This document shows positions 33,457-45,394 of a stretch of DNA of 64,000 nucleotides, piece by piece. The stretch lies in assembly GCA_046331705.1 (NCBI GenBank), contig JAXLQJ010000002.1:204370-268369 (forward strand), in the 5' to 3' direction. Position numbers and translations under genes: made by a program. The stretch comes from a bacterium (GTDB lineage Bacteria; JADJOY01). The notes under the pieces are model-generated. The model was not told the origin of the DNA. It ran no database searches and saw only the letters and a list, made by a program, of their open reading frames with translations. Position 1 is the stretch's first letter; the number at the start of each line of letters is the position of its first letter.

Positions 33457-33924
33457 TCAGCTCGCGCGACGCAGGCGAAACACGCGGATGTTGCGGTCGG
33501 TGCGCGCCTCGTAGACGTTCATCTGCGGAATGGTGCGCTTGATCGCGGGCCAGAGCTGGGTCTTCTCCTCGTCGCTCAGGGGCACCGCCGTGGCGGCGAA
33601 CCGCTCCCCGCGGACCTGAACCTCCACCGCGGGATTGGCCTCGATGTTGTACTTCCACGCCGGATGCCGCTCCTGACCCATGGCGCTCGCGACCACGAGG
33701 AAATCCGATCCGTCGCGGTGATACGCCAGCTGAACGGAGCGCTTCTCGCCCGACTTCCGCCCCACGGCGGTGAGCGTGAGCATCGGGAGCGTGGGCACGC
33801 CCGTCGACGTCAGTCGTCCGTTGGTGGCGCGGAACAGGATCGGATCGACCTTGGAAGCGAAATGCTTCACGAGCCACGAGCCGAACTTGGTCGCCGAGAG
33901 CCAATTGATGAATCGCGCGTACAT
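33457..33924 (-). CDS. Deazaflavin (F420)-dependent nitroreductase family protein
   Basis: LTLTAVGRKSGEKR, VVASAMG, HPAWKYNIEANP, YEARTDRNIRVFRL. Confidence 0.88.
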   Translation of the reverse strand: MYARFINWLSATKFGSWLVKHFASKVDPILFRATNGRLTSTGVPTLPMLTLTAVGRKSGEKRSVQLAYHRDGSDFLVVASAMGQERHPAWKYNIEANPAVEVQVRGERFAATAVPLSDEEKTQLWPAIKRTIPQMNVYEARTDRNIRVFRLRRAS

Positions 33925-34041
33925 GCTCCGAGAGGTAGCACGATCGATCGCGAGCCGGCGAGGGCAAACGCCCGCGGCCCAGCCGCCGCGCGGGCGACCA
34001 AGCCGCGCGCCGTGTGCGCGGTGCGCGACGTGTGCGGCGCG

Positions 34042-36777
34042 TCAGGGCGCCGCGAAGTTGAGCGTGCCCGGCCCGACCAGATAGTAGGGCCCCAGAAACG
34101 CCGTGAGCGGCGTCGTGACGAATCCCGCGTACACGTTCGAGAGCCGGTGACCGTCCGCGGAGAGCGTGCCGCCGAGCGTGAGCAGCCCGCCCGGGAGCTG
34201 GGGTTGGGTTCCCACCGAGACGTCGTAACCGGTCACCAGCAGGTCGAACGAGAACTCGCCGGTGTTCGGATCCACCGCGACGGTGCGCACTCCACCCGAG
34301 CTCGCCAGCACGATCTTCGAGTGCATCATCGCGATGTTGAAGAGCCCGAAGAAATGCATGTCGGAGAGCGCCAGCTCGAGCCCTTGCAGCGTGAGCTGAT
34401 TCGCCTGCGGATCGAAGATCAGATCGACGAAGCTGGTCGTCAGCACCTGCGCGGTCTTGGTATCGAGCGCGCCGACGAAGTTGCCGAGGTGGAACGTGAA
34501 CTCGTTGGTCTCGCCGGTATCGGGCGTGAAGTGTCGGCCGACGACGCCGCCCTCGCACGCGTTGCCGATGCCGTCTCGATCGTCGTCCGCCTGATTCGCG
34601 TTGAAGACGTCGGGGCAGTTGTCGCACGCGTCGCCGATGCGGTCCCCGTCGGCGTCGGCCTGACTCGCGCCAGCCTGGGTTGGACAGACGTCGACCCCGT
34701 CCGCGATCCCGTCGCCGTCGCTGTCCGAATCGGCGCAGTCGAGCCCGCGTGCCAGCTCGGTCACATCGTCGACCCCATCGCCGTCGCCGTCGCCGGATAC
34801 GAGCTGGTTCCGCCAGCGTTCCAGCACCTCGCCGCCGGTGACGGCCAGCAGATCGTCGAACCCGTCGTTGTCGAGATCCTGCGCCACCACCGACGAGGCC
34901 ACCACCGACGACACTCCGTCGACCACGGCGAATCCGCCGTGGCCGTCCTCGGCGACCACGTCGATCGTGGCGTCACCGGGGGAAGCGACGACGAAGGCGC
35001 GCCGCGCCGGCACGATCCACGACGCCGAGTCGATCGCCGCGAGGTTGCGCCCGAAGTCCACGTGCACGGGAGAGAGCACCCCCGCGTCGTTCGAGAGAAC
35101 CGTGACTCGACCGGATCCGCTCGCGTCGGCATCCCCGGCGAAGGCCAGATCCCAATCGCCGTCGCCGTCCAGGTCCTGCGCGATCGCTCCTCGCGCGTCC
35201 AGCGGGCACGCGACCGATTGCGTCTCGACGAAGCTCGATGGCCCCGACGAGAGCAGCACCTTGCACGCGCCGGTGGCGGATTCCGCGATCACCAGATCGT
35301 CGAACCCATCGTCGTCGAGTGGGCGCGATTCGATGGCGTGAATCGGCCCCGAGGCCTGATACACGGTCTCGGGCTCGCCCCACTGGCCGGGCGTGATCGA
35401 GGGGACGCGCACCACGCGCCCCGGGCCACCGGCTTGATCCTCGATCGCCACCAGCAGGTCGGGCCCCTCGGTCTTGGTCACGTTCGCCACGCGAAGCGCG
35501 ACGGCGGGCCCACCCGCCGGGATGTGCAAGGGGCCCGCCACGGTCGTCAGGTTCGGCTGCACCCAGATGACGGATACGGCCTGCTGAGTGGCGTTCGGGT
35601 AGAGCACGATCGGTTGCTGGAATCCCTTGGAGGCCAACAGATCGCGGCGGATGTCGCCCTGCGCGTCGACATCGGCGTAGAGCTGGAACCCGCCCCCGGT
35701 GTTGCGTGCGAAGCGAACGCGCTGCGTGCCGTCCGGTCGCCGCACGGCCATGACCACCGTCGGCGAGGTGAGCTGGTCGAACATCCCCGTGACCAGCTCG
35801 GGAGTGCTCGTCGCGACACTGATTCCCGCCGCCGGCTCGAACGCGCCGGGCGCGCCCGTCAGGTCGACCGTTCCCACCTGGGTCGTGCCACCGTTCGCGA
35901 GCGAGGCGCGCATCGAGCTGCCCATGACCCAGCTCGATCCGCACTCGATCGCGGCGTACGTCCAGGTCGGATCGACCTGGCGCGGCCACGCATCGAAGCC
36001 GAACGCACCGTTGGCGTGCGTCCTGGATTCCTGGCCGAAGTTACCGACCCACGCGTCGGGTACCGGGACGGGTGCGCCCTGGTCGCCGAGCACGGCCACC
36101 GCGCCCTCGAGCTCGCCGTCGGGATAGGCCGGCTCGTTGCTCACGAAATCGACCGCGAGCGCGCCATCCACCAGGATCGACACGTAGTAGTACGTGCTGA
36201 GCGTGGCGCTGCCGGTGGCCGTCATCGACATCGTGACGGGGCCTGTCGCGGGCGAACCTTGGTACTCGAACGTCCCGGAGATCGACGCGCTGCCCGACGC
36301 GAGCGGAACCTCGCCATATCCGGGCAACGTGGCGACCAAGGTGAGATAGATCAGCGTCGAGAACGCACCCGTGGCGGGATCGAACGCGAACGTGATCGGC
36401 CCGGAGAAGAGCGAGACCAGGCGCACGTCGTGGAACGGAAACCCGGCAATGCGAACCGTGCCGGCGTCCAGGATCATCGACTGGATCGTCACCTGGTGTG
36501 CCGCGGCATCGAGGCTGAGCGCCATCGACGACGCCGCGCCGAAGCGCATCGAAGCGGGCACCTCGGCGACGTAACCGCCGTAGGCGATCGTGGCGGTGAG
36601 CTCGTAACCGTTGGCCGCGCTTGGCACCGGTGCCCGCGGTCCGAGGGTGGTGCTGAGCGCGGCCGCGCGGGCAACGCCGCCCGCGCCGATCAGCAACACG
36701 AGCCAAAGGCCCGTCGCCACGCATCGTTGCGTGCGAAGGCGCGCCCCGTGATCCACCACCCGCGTGCGCGTGCCCAT
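34042..36777 (-). CDS. Large secreted protein with FG-GAP/VCBS-like and thrombospondin type-3 repeats
   Basis: Signal peptide; [10 protein letters not shown] and [10 protein letters not shown] repeats; [20 protein letters not shown]; related N- and C-terminal domains. Confidence 0.82.
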   Translation of the reverse strand: MGTRTRVVDHGARLRTQRCVATGLWLVLLIGAGGVARAAALSTTLGPRAPVPSAANGYELTATIAYGGYVAEVPASMRFGAASSMALSLDAAAHQVTIQSMILDAGTVRIAGFPFHDVRLVSLFSGPITFAFDPATGAFSTLIYLTLVATLPGYGEVPLASGSASISGTFEYQGSPATGPVTMSMTATGSATLSTYYYVSILVDGALAVDFVSNEPAYPDGELEGAVAVLGDQGAPVPVPDAWVGNFGQESRTHANGAFGFDAWPRQVDPTWTYAAIECGSSWVMGSSMRASLANGGTTQVGTVDLTGAPGAFEPAAGISVATSTPELVTGMFDQLTSPTVVMAVRRPDGTQRVRFARNTGGGFQLYADVDAQGDIRRDLLASKGFQQPIVLYPNATQQAVSVIWVQPNLTTVAGPLHIPAGGPAVALRVANVTKTEGPDLLVAIEDQAGGPGRVVRVPSITPGQWGEPETVYQASGPIHAIESRPLDDDGFDDLVIAESATGACKVLLSSGPSSFVETQSVACPLDARGAIAQDLDGDGDWDLAFAGDADASGSGRVTVLSNDAGVLSPVHVDFGRNLAAIDSASWIVPARRAFVVASPGDATIDVVAEDGHGGFAVVDGVSSVVASSVVAQDLDNDGFDDLLAVTGGEVLERWRNQLVSGDGDGDGVDDVTELARGLDCADSDSDGDGIADGVDVCPTQAGASQADADGDRIGDACDNCPDVFNANQADDDRDGIGNACEGGVVGRHFTPDTGETNEFTFHLGNFVGALDTKTAQVLTTSFVDLIFDPQANQLTLQGLELALSDMHFFGLFNIAMMHSKIVLASSGGVRTVAVDPNTGEFSFDLLVTGYDVSVGTQPQLPGGLLTLGGTLSADGHRLSNVYAGFVTTPLTAFLGPYYLVGPGTLNFAAP

Positions 36778-36959
36778 ACCGCCCCCGAGCGCTGTGGGGC
36801 GCGATTGCGGTCCCACTCGCGCGCTCGAGTGGCATTCAACCACCCCACTCCGGGGACCGCAACGAACGTGCCTCGTCCCTCGAGCGGATCGGTGTGAGCG
36901 CGCGCCGGCGCGCGGCTACCGGCTGCGTCGCCGCGGGTCTCGCAGTCGGGCGCGAAGCG

Positions 36960-39077
36960 CTAGAACGCGGTCCACTCGCCGTCGTCGTGCCCGTTGCCGT
37001 TCGCGACGCGGGAGAGCGCCGGCGGGCGCTGCGACGCCACGGTCGCGACGGTCGCAGCCTTCGGCGGGCGCGCCGGCGATTGGCCTTGCACCGCAGCGGC
37101 GCTCGAACGCGCGGGCGCCACGGCGGACACCGCGCGCGGCGCCTCGGCGGCATCACGGATCCGGAAGAAGCTCACGACCCCGAGGAGCTGCTCGGCCTGA
37201 TCCTGCATGGCCATCGACGCCGCCGCGGCCTCTTCCACCAACGCGGCGTTTTGCTGCGTCATCTGATCCATCTGCATGACGGCCTTGTTGACCTGCTCGA
37301 TGCCAGACGATTGCTCCGAGGACGCGGCGGCGATGTCCGCCACGATGTCGGTCACCCGCTTCACCGACTCGACGATCGCCGTGAGCGCCTTGCCCGAGGC
37401 GTCGACGAGCTGCGAGCCGTTCTCGATCTTCGCGACCGAGTCGGTGATCAGCCCCTTGATCTCCTTGGCGGCGGTGGCCGAGCGCTGAGCGAGGTGACGG
37501 ACCTCGGTGGCGACCACGGCGAAGCCGCGACCCTGCTCGCCCGCGCGAGCCGCCTCCACCGCTGCGTTCAACGCCAGCAGGTTGGTCTGGAAGGCGATCT
37601 CGTCGATCACGCCGATGATGTCGGCGATCTTCTTCGAGGTCTGGTTGATGGCCCGCATCGCTTCCACCGTCCGCGTCACCACCTCGCCGCCCTCGACCGC
37701 CTGTGAACGGGCGCTCGCCACGAGCTGGCTCGCCTGGTGGGCGTTGTCCGCGTTTTGCGTCACGGTCGAGGTCAGCTCCTCCATCGATGACGCCGTCTCC
37801 TCCAGCGCCGCGGCCTGCTCCTGGGTGCGCCGCGACAGGTCGCCGTTGCCCTCGGCGATCTGGCGGGAAGCGCTGCCCACCTCCTCCGAGGCGCCCCGCA
37901 CCTCCGCGACGATCGCCGCGAGCTTCTCGCTCATCTCGCGCATGCGCGCGAGCAGGCTCTGACCGTCTCCCCGGCGCGTCTCGACCTTCACCGTGAGGTC
38001 GCCAGCAGCGATCTTGCTGGCGATCTGCGCTGCGTACAGCGGCTCGCCGCCGAGCTGGCCGAGGATGTTGCGGATGGTGGCGATCGCGATCACCACGGTG
38101 CCGGCCACCGCGCCGAACGCGATCGCCAGGAACACCAGGAGCTCGCGATGGGCGCGGGCGCGCAGCGCGGCAGCCGCCGTGCTCACGTCGCGAGCGAGCT
38201 GATCCTCGACTTTCTTCAGCAGATCGATCTTGCCGGTCATGGCCGCGAACCAACGCTCGGCGTCCACGTCGAGATCCCGCCCGTCGATCCCCGCGAGGGC
38301 GACCGTCTTGAGGCGCGCGGCCTCGTCGACCGCCGCACCGACGACCTCGTGCGCGTAGAGCTCACGCTGCTCGACGGATGCGGTGCCCTGGAACTCGCGC
38401 AGGTACACGTCCTGCGCCGAGGTGTTCGTCAGGAACCGAACCAGCGACTCCCCGTTGAACTTGCCCGTCGAGAACACGCCGGTGAGCACGGCGCGCTCGA
38501 TGCCCACGCGCTCCTTGGCGTGCGAGAGGTTCGAGTACGCGGCCAAGCGCTGGGTGAGCGCTCCGTCGCCGGTGAGCAGCATCGCCTTGCGCGTCACCTG
38601 CAGCATCGCGCCGATGGTCTGGGTGTAGTAGCCGATCGCGTCGGGCACCGCGATGGCGAAGCTGCTCACCGCCTGACGCTTGACCGGCAGCTCGCCGAGA
38701 AGCTGCACCGCCATGTCCAGCGACTCGATCAGCGAGGCGTCGTAGTGCGGGCGGTCGAAGCTCGCCAGCGTCTGCCGCAGCTCCTCCACACGCGCGTCGG
38801 ACTCCTTGCGCTGCGCCGTCAGCTCCGCCGTGAACTTCTGTCCCTTGCTCCCGAGGAAGCCGCCCGTCATGCCGCGCTCTTTCTGGATCTCGTGCGCGAC
38901 GCCTCCGAGCTTCACCGAGAGGCCGACCAGCGCCTGGAGACGGGTCATCTCGGCCGACCAAGCCATCTTGTCCAGGGCACTGTTGACGGAGAAGAACGCC
39001 AACCCCGCGATCGGCAGCGCCAGCAGCAACAGCAACCGACTGCGCATCGTCATCCGACTCAATGCAGCCATGTCCAC
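36960..39077 (-). CDS. Methyl-accepting chemotaxis protein with NIT (nitrate/nitrite) sensor domain
   Basis: HEIQKERG and [13 protein letters not shown] motifs between two TMs; [31 protein letters not shown]-terminal EWTAF pentapeptide. Confidence 0.93.
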   Translation of the reverse strand: MDMAALSRMTMRSRLLLLLALPIAGLAFFSVNSALDKMAWSAEMTRLQALVGLSVKLGGVAHEIQKERGMTGGFLGSKGQKFTAELTAQRKESDARVEELRQTLASFDRPHYDASLIESLDMAVQLLGELPVKRQAVSSFAIAVPDAIGYYTQTIGAMLQVTRKAMLLTGDGALTQRLAAYSNLSHAKERVGIERAVLTGVFSTGKFNGESLVRFLTNTSAQDVYLREFQGTASVEQRELYAHEVVGAAVDEAARLKTVALAGIDGRDLDVDAERWFAAMTGKIDLLKKVEDQLARDVSTAAAALRARAHRELLVFLAIAFGAVAGTVVIAIATIRNILGQLGGEPLYAAQIASKIAAGDLTVKVETRRGDGQSLLARMREMSEKLAAIVAEVRGASEEVGSASRQIAEGNGDLSRRTQEQAAALEETASSMEELTSTVTQNADNAHQASQLVASARSQAVEGGEVVTRTVEAMRAINQTSKKIADIIGVIDEIAFQTNLLALNAAVEAARAGEQGRGFAVVATEVRHLAQRSATAAKEIKGLITDSVAKIENGSQLVDASGKALTAIVESVKRVTDIVADIAAASSEQSSGIEQVNKAVMQMDQMTQQNAALVEEAAAASMAMQDQAEQLLGVVSFFRIRDAAEAPRAVSAVAPARSSAAAVQGQSPARPPKAATVATVASQRPPALSRVANGNGHDDGEWTAF

Positions 39078-39399
39078 CTCGCTTCAGCCGTGCGGTCCGC
39101 GGGGCGACGGATTCGATCCGCGCCGAGACATGATCGCGGCGACCCGCCCTCGGCCCTGCCGCGGCCAAGACGAGGCGCCGCGCCGCCTGGCGCGAGGAGG
39201 CCGACCCCTGGAGGTCTATCGGCGTGGCCGCGAGAACCTTGACCAGCGGCCAGGACGGGCCGAGGAAGAGACGTCGCGGCGGCGGGGGCCGCGCTGGCAC
39301 CGCCGCCGCGGGCACCAAGAAGCGAGGCGACTCGCACGGGGCGAGGCCAGCGCGGGGCGATGCGTCGATCGCGCGGCGCGGTACCCGCCGCGCGGTCGG

Positions 39400-42300
39400 T
39401 CAGTGCCGGCGACGCCGGCGGCGCGAAGCCACGAGCAGGACCCAGCCGGGAACGAGGTAGTGCCCGAGGTCGATGGCGGCGCTGAACGACGCCGGGGCAA
39501 CGCCATCCACCGACGCCTCGGCGAGCTGCGGGTTGCAGCCTCCAGGAGTCGCGGCGTTGCAATCGTCGTCGATGCCGTTGCTCGGGATCTCGGTCCTGCC
39601 TGGATTCACGTTCGCGTTCGTATCGTTGCAGTCGAGGAGCGGCTGGGCGCAGGCCGGCGAGGCCGGGTTTCCGTAGCCGTCGCCGTCGCCATCCAGGCAG
39701 TCGCTCGTCGCCGTGTTGCGGTCGTCGTCCAGACCGTTCCCGGAGCACTTCAGCGTGGCCCGGGTTCACCGCAGCGTTCCCGTCGTTGCAGTCGACGGCA
39801 CCGCACGAGCCGCCCGTGGGCGAGTAGCCGTCACCGTCGCCATCCGCGCAATCGCTCGTCGCCGCGTTGCAGTCGTCGTCGAGACCGTTCCCGGGCACTT
39901 CGGCGTGGCCCGGGTTCACCGCCGCGTTCCCGTCGTTGCAGTCGACGGCACCACTGAGCCGCCCGTAGGCGGTGGCCGTCACCGTCGCCATCCGCGCAAT
40001 CGCTCATCGCGCGTTGCAGTCGTCGTCCAGACCGTTCCCGGGCACTTCCGCGTGGCCCGGGTTCACCGCAGCGTTCCCGTCGTTGCAGTCCACGGCACCG
40101 CACGAGCCGCCCGTGGGCGAGTAGCCGTCACCGTCGCCATCCGCGCAATCGCTCGTCGCCGCGTTGCAGTCGTCGTCCAGACCGTTCCCGGGCACTTCCG
40201 CGTGGCCCGGGTTCACCGCAGCGTTCCCGTCGTTGCAGTCCACGGCACCGCACGAGCCGCCCGTGGGCGAGTAGCCGTCACCGTCGCCATCCGCGCAATC
40301 CGTCGTCGCCGCGTTGCGCGCAGTCCATCGTCCAGCTTGTTCCAGGCACTTCCGCGTGGCCCGGGTTCACCGCAACGTTGCCGTCGTTGCAGTCGACCGC
40401 ACCGCACGGGCCGCCCGTGGGCGAAGTAGCCGTCACCGTCGCCATCCAGGCAATCGCTCGTCGCCACGTTGCAGTCGTCGTCCAGACCGTTCCCGGGCAC
40501 TTCCGCGTGGCCCGGGTTCACCGCAGCGTTCCCATCGTTGCAGTCCTCGCCGACCGGATAGCCATCGAGGTCGGCATCGACGACCGCGAGCGGCGAGTAC
40601 GCGAACGCCGCACCCACGGCGTTGGATCCGATCTTGTAGCCCGGCGCGCCCACGAGGATCTCGTCGTACCCGTTGCCGTCGACGTCGCCCGCCGAAGCCA
40701 CGGCGGAACCGAGCGTCGCGGAGGCGAGGTTCGCTTCCACCGTCCACGCCGGCGCGAGACCGAGCCCCGTCGCCGATCCGACGAAGAGGTACGCGCGGCC
40801 TTCGTCGCTCTGACCGTTGGCCAGATTCGGCGCGCCCACGAGCACGTCTTCGTAGAGCTTGCCATTCACGTCGCCCGCCCGAGCCACCCACCAGCCCAGC
40901 TCCGCGCCAGCGACGTTCGACTCGTAGCCCCACGCACCACCGGTCTGCGGTCCCGTGGGCGAGCCGCGATAGACGGCGACGGCGCGGCTTCGGACGTTTG
41001 GCCATTGGAGTAGAAAGGCGCGCCCGCGATCACGTCGGAGTAGCCGTCGCCGTTGACATCCGCGCCCGCCACCGACGCGCCGAAGGCCAGCCGGCGCCGT
41101 TGAGGCTCGGCGGTCCAGACGAGGCTCGAGGCGAGCCCCGCGACCGAGCCGAGATAGACCAGCACCCAGAAGCCTCGTTGGTCTGGCCATTCGAGCAGTA
41201 GAAGGGGACGCCCACCACGACGTCGTCGAAGCCGTCGCCGTTCACGTCGCCTGCCGAAGCCACGGCGTGCCCGAAACGCTCGCCCACTGCACCGGTAGCC
41301 GTCCAAGCCGGAGTGGCGCCGAGCCCTGCGGCGGAGCCCAGGAAGAGAAACGCGCGCGGGGTGCCGAGCGGCGTGCCCACCAAGACGTCGGCGTAGCCAT
41401 CGCCGTTCACGTCGCCCGCGGAGGCCACCGCGAAGCCGAAGCCGGTCACCGCGCCACCGAGGTTCGGCGTCCACGCCGAGGTGGTGCCGAGACCGCTCGC
41501 GGAACCGAGGAAGAGATACGCGTGACCGGCGACACCACCGCCGCTCTCACCACCGAACGCTCCCACGATCACGTCGTCGAAGCCATCCCCGTTGACGTCG
41601 CCGGCGGACGCGAGCGCCGAGCCGAAGTACCCACCGACGAGCCCGCCGGGCTCCGTGAGCACTTGCGCCGGCGTGGTCGCCAGACCGGTGGCCGAGCCGC
41701 GGAAGAGATGCACGCGCCCGCGTTGACTGCCGGCGGCGACGTACTCGGGCTCGCCCACCAGCACGTCGTCGTACCCATCGCCGTTCACGTCGCCGGCGCT
41801 CGCCACGGCGTAGCCGAGCTTCGCGAGCGACTGCGTGCCCAGCGCGGACCAGTCCGCAGCGGACAGACCGGTGCCCGAGAAGTTCGCGGTGAGGGTGCCG
41901 GTGAGCTGGAACTCGAACGTCGACCACGTGAACTTGAACGCGGGCAAGTTCCCGACCGACGAGAGGTTGGTGAGCGAGGTGGCGCCGGAGTTGGCGTCGT
42001 AGCTGAAGGTTCCCTGCATCGGGACGTCGACGGTCTTCTCGTATTGCACCTCGTCGCCGGTGCAGTTGTTCCCGACCTTGCCCGAGAAATGCACCGGCAC
42101 CAGCGCGGTGAAGTTGCCGGCGCCATCGACCACGCCGCGCGGTGGATAGAGCGCATCCGCGGTGTCGATGGTGAGCACGTTCTGACGCAGACACGGGTGC
42201 ACGAAGGTGCCGAACGTGAAGGTCATGTCGGTGCCGGGCCAGGTCGCGGAAGCGAGCGTGAGCACCCGGCTGACGGTGTCGAACGAGACGTCCAGCGTGC

Positions 42301-42556
42301 TGGTGGACTGCACCTGCATCGTCTGGCTCACCGGACCCGCGGGGCCGGGCTTGGTCTGCGAGAGGCTCAGATTGGCTTGATTGGTGGCACCCGAGCTCGG
42401 CGTCAGCGAGATCGCCACCACGGCAGCGGGGGCCGGCGAGCTCAGCAGGCTCGCGCCGAGCACGAGCAACGCGACGACCGCGCGTGACCCCGCCGATCGC
42501 GGCGAGCGTGGACGAAACACGGAGGGAATCGTCGGCCGAATCAACGGCTGATTCAT
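39400..42556 (-). pseudogene. Large secreted FG-GAP (integrin-alpha-like) plus Cys/Asp metal-binding repeat protein, multiply frameshifted (pseudogene or sequencing errors)
   Basis: Signal peptide at 42556; GDVNGDGYDDV repeats continue across several frames; DCNDGNAAVNPGHAEVPGNGLDDDCN repeats; C-terminal anchor ends at 39400. Confidence 0.75.
39556..40545 (-). repeat. Coding tandem repeat, 150-bp (50-aa) unit, about 6 copies plus a diverged terminal copy
   Basis: GTTGCAGTCGTCGTCCAGACCGTTCCC-like anchors near 39716, 39866, 40013, 40163, 40313, 40468. Confidence 0.9.
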
Positions 42557-42859
42557 GTCACTTCCCGTTGCTCGAGGGGGAAAAGCGGAACGCCCGACGC
42601 TAGCAGTGCGTTCCGGCGCACGTCAACGAATCGCCGTCACGAGTAGTGGCTCACTATCGTGCCGAACCCATTCGAGCCGTGAGGGGCTGCGGGCACGTCG
42701 AAGGGCGCTCCGCGACCGCGCACCCCGGTCGAGCTCGTGGGGAGTGAGCCCCGATCGCGCGGCCGCAGCGCAGGCGACGGACCGCTCGAGCAGACCGCTT
42801 CAGCAGCCTGGCGATCTCGCGCTCGAGCCGAGCGCGAGCGCCCGCGAACCGCCGCATCC

Positions 42860-45226
42860 TCAGTCGTCGCAGGGGCCGTACGCGGCGACGATCGCGTCGA
42901 GGTCGGCAGCCCCCACCGTGCCGTCCCCATCGCGATCACCCGGGCACGCGCGGCCCGGCACGCATGCGCCGAGCCCGCTCGCCGCGAGACCTCGATCCGA
43001 CTCGCCGACTTGCCCGTCGCCGTCCAGATCGGCAGGACAAGCAGCATTCCCCACGGCGAGGTGGAGCGAGTCGAAGTACGAGTCGTTCTCCTGCCCTTCG
43101 AGTCGCGTGCCCCAGATCGTCATCTCCACCGATCGCGTGCCCGGCGGCACCGCGACCACGTCACCGAGATGGCTCCACCCCGCGGTGCGCGCCCACGATT
43201 TGGACGTGCGACCCAGCTCCTTGCCGAGCACGGGCCGGAAGGTGAGCCAGAGATCGGGCTTGTCGTCGTCACCGCCTCGATCGCGCACCCAACCGCCGAA
43301 GGACGCAGACACGCGGCCAGCATCGATCGCCGTCGCGTACGGCGACACGTCGACGAGCTGGATGGCGCGGCCGGCGATCGCCTGTCCGCCACACACTCCG
43401 CCGACGGCGAAGAACCGCGCGCCCGCCTGCGGCTCGGCGGGCGAGGCGCACGCCCCCGCCTCGAGCGACTCGAGCGGCGGAAGCGTCGCGATCCATCCGG
43501 TGGTGCCGTCCTCGGCGCCGGGGTTCACCAGCAGCTCCGGACCGAGTGCGGACGGCCCGGTCGCGAACGGCGCCGGCGCCGACCATTCGCTCCACACCAA
43601 GCCCTGATCTCGGTAACGCACGCGCCAGAAGAGCTGCGTACTCGGCGGCAGTCCGGCGAGGTCGGCGTGCGTCACGTCGGGATCGGTCACGGTGTTCACA
43701 CTGTAGTAGCCGTCGTCGCGGCCGGTGGCGCCCGGTGGCGCGTACCAGTTCTCGACCCGCAGCCAGCGTTCGGCCACCGGGCTCGACCAATCGTCCCCGT
43801 CGGCGCTCACCTGGAAGTGGCTCTCGAGGAGCGCGCGGCCGTCGGGATGCGCATAAGCCGAGCCTTCGAGGCGCAGACTCTCCGGCGCCACCGGACCGGA
43901 TACGTCGAGCGGCTCGAGCGCGATCGGCGTCTCCGGGCGACGCGCGTGAAGGCGGATCGTGATCTGGTCGCGAAGCTCGTTGTCGCGCGGCTCGATCTCG
44001 TTGCCGCGGCTCAAGCGCTTGAGCGTGAAGCTCGGCTCGTCGCCCGCCTCGACCTCCACCAGCGCGAAGCCCCACTCGGGAAGGGAGCGCTGGAACTCGG
44101 GATAGTCGGCGTTGGGCTCCTCACCCCAGTAGTCGATGTTGCCCTCGGCGGACGCGACGTTCACCCACAGGTGCTGGTGATCGCGACTCTGGCCGCGCGA
44201 GTAGGCATGCGTGTGGCCGAAGAAATGGATCGACGGCTTCTTGCAGTCGGTCGAGAAGCGCTCCATGCGGTTGATGACGCGGCCGGTGAAGTCGGCCTCG
44301 CCCGGCAGCCACAGCTCGGACTTGAACGGGTGGTGGAGCTCCGCGAACACGAAGTCGATGTACGGATCGGCACACGCCTGGTCGAGAACTCCCTGCAGCC
44401 ACGTCTCCTGACCCGGCAGCCAGCGGAAGAAGTCGTTGGAGTCGAGACCGATCACCCGGACGTTTCCGTGGTCGTGGTACCACCAATGCTCGAGGAAGCC
44501 GGGCGTTCCGTTCGCCGGCAGGCGAAAGTACTGGAAGAAGTAAGGGCTCGTGCCTTCGTGGTTGCCGAGCACGGGGTACGCGGGAATGCGCGAGATGAGA
44601 GGCTGAGCCTCGTCGAAGTAATCGCCTTTCCAGTCCTCGTACCTCCAGCCGTCGTCCACCAGATCGCCGGCGTTCAGGACGAACGCGAGCTCGCGCGAGA
44701 GATCGCTGCCGTAGTGCTGGTTCACGTAGCGGACCACGCCATCGCGGACCACCTCGCCGTGCTTGGTCGGGTTCGCGTCGTCGCGCTGGTTGTCCGAGTA
44801 CGCGACGAAGCGGAAGCCGCGCTCCGCCTCGCGCTCGGGCTGGGTGCGAAAATGCTCGAGGTTCCCTTGTGCGCCCGCCGTCGACACCCGGTAGTAATAC
44901 GTGGTGTCCGGCGTGAGCCCGGTGAGCTCGGTCTGATGGATCCGGGACGCGTCCTTGCCCGGGCCGACCTCGCCCAGGGCGACACGGCCCAGCGCTTCGC
45001 TCGTGCCGTACTCGACCCGGCTCTCGTCCCCGAAGGTCGTCTCCCACACGATCCAGATGCTGGTGGGCGTGCCTTGCTGGAGGAAGGGCCCCACCCGGAT
45101 CGCGGGCGGCTCCGTTTGCGCCGCCGCCCCCGTGGCGACCGCCAACCACGCAGCGAGCACGAGGCTTCGCCGCGCTCTTCGGCACCGATCGAACACGCGC
45201 TTCTCGCAGATCATCTCCCACCTCAC
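42860..45226 (-). CDS. Secreted purple-acid-phosphatase-type metallophosphoesterase with FN3-like and C-terminal dockerin-like domains
   Basis: YSDNQ, AGDLVD, LGNHE, HHP, FGHTH motifs; CPADLDGDGQV...CPGDRDGDGTVGAADL tail. Confidence 0.88.
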   Translation of the reverse strand: MRWEMICEKRVFDRCRRARRSLVLAAWLAVATGAAAQTEPPAIRVGPFLQQGTPTSIWIVWETTFGDESRVEYGTSEALGRVALGEVGPGKDASRIHQTELTGLTPDTTYYYRVSTAGAQGNLEHFRTQPEREAERGFRFVAYSDNQRDDANPTKHGEVVRDGVVRYVNQHYGSDLSRELAFVLNAGDLVDDGWRYEDWKGDYFDEAQPLISRIPAYPVLGNHEGTSPYFFQYFRLPANGTPGFLEHWWYHDHGNVRVIGLDSNDFFRWLPGQETWLQGVLDQACADPYIDFVFAELHHPFKSELWLPGEADFTGRVINRMERFSTDCKKPSIHFFGHTHAYSRGQSRDHQHLWVNVASAEGNIDYWGEEPNADYPEFQRSLPEWGFALVEVEAGDEPSFTLKRLSRGNEIEPRDNELRDQITIRLHARRPETPIALEPLDVSGPVAPESLRLEGSAYAHPDGRALLESHFQVSADGDDWSSPVAERWLRVENWYAPPGATGRDDGYYSVNTVTDPDVTHADLAGLPPSTQLFWRVRYRDQGLVWSEWSAPAPFATGPSALGPELLVNPGAEDGTTGWIATLPPLESLEAGACASPAEPQAGARFFAVGGVCGGQAIAGRAIQLVDVSPYATAIDAGRVSASFGGWVRDRGGDDDKPDLWLTFRPVLGKELGRTSKSWARTAGWSHLGDVVAVPPGTRSVEMTIWGTRLEGQENDSYFDSLHLAVGNAACPADLDGDGQVGESDRGLAASGLGACVPGRACPGDRDGDGTVGAADLDAIVAAYGPCDD

Positions 45227-45394
45227 ACATCGTTCGAATCTCGGAATCGCGCCTTCGCGTCGCTCGGTCGGCGACGGCGGCGGTCATCCATCGATGCTAT
45301 CAGTCGAGCGACCCCGAGCTGAAGGTCGCCGGCGCGACGGATACGGGGCTCGCCACGCGGCGCGCCGATGCGCCGCCGCGCGCCCGCGCGCGGC

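Noticed and set aside
39556-40545. Regularly spaced repeats as a CRISPR array
   Set aside because: Units are contiguous 150-bp coding repeats with no unique spacers, and no cas genes are present
42648-42664. Sigma-54 promoter (minus strand GGCACGATAGTGAGC) before gene 42556
   Set aside because: GG-to-GC spacing is 11 rather than the required 10
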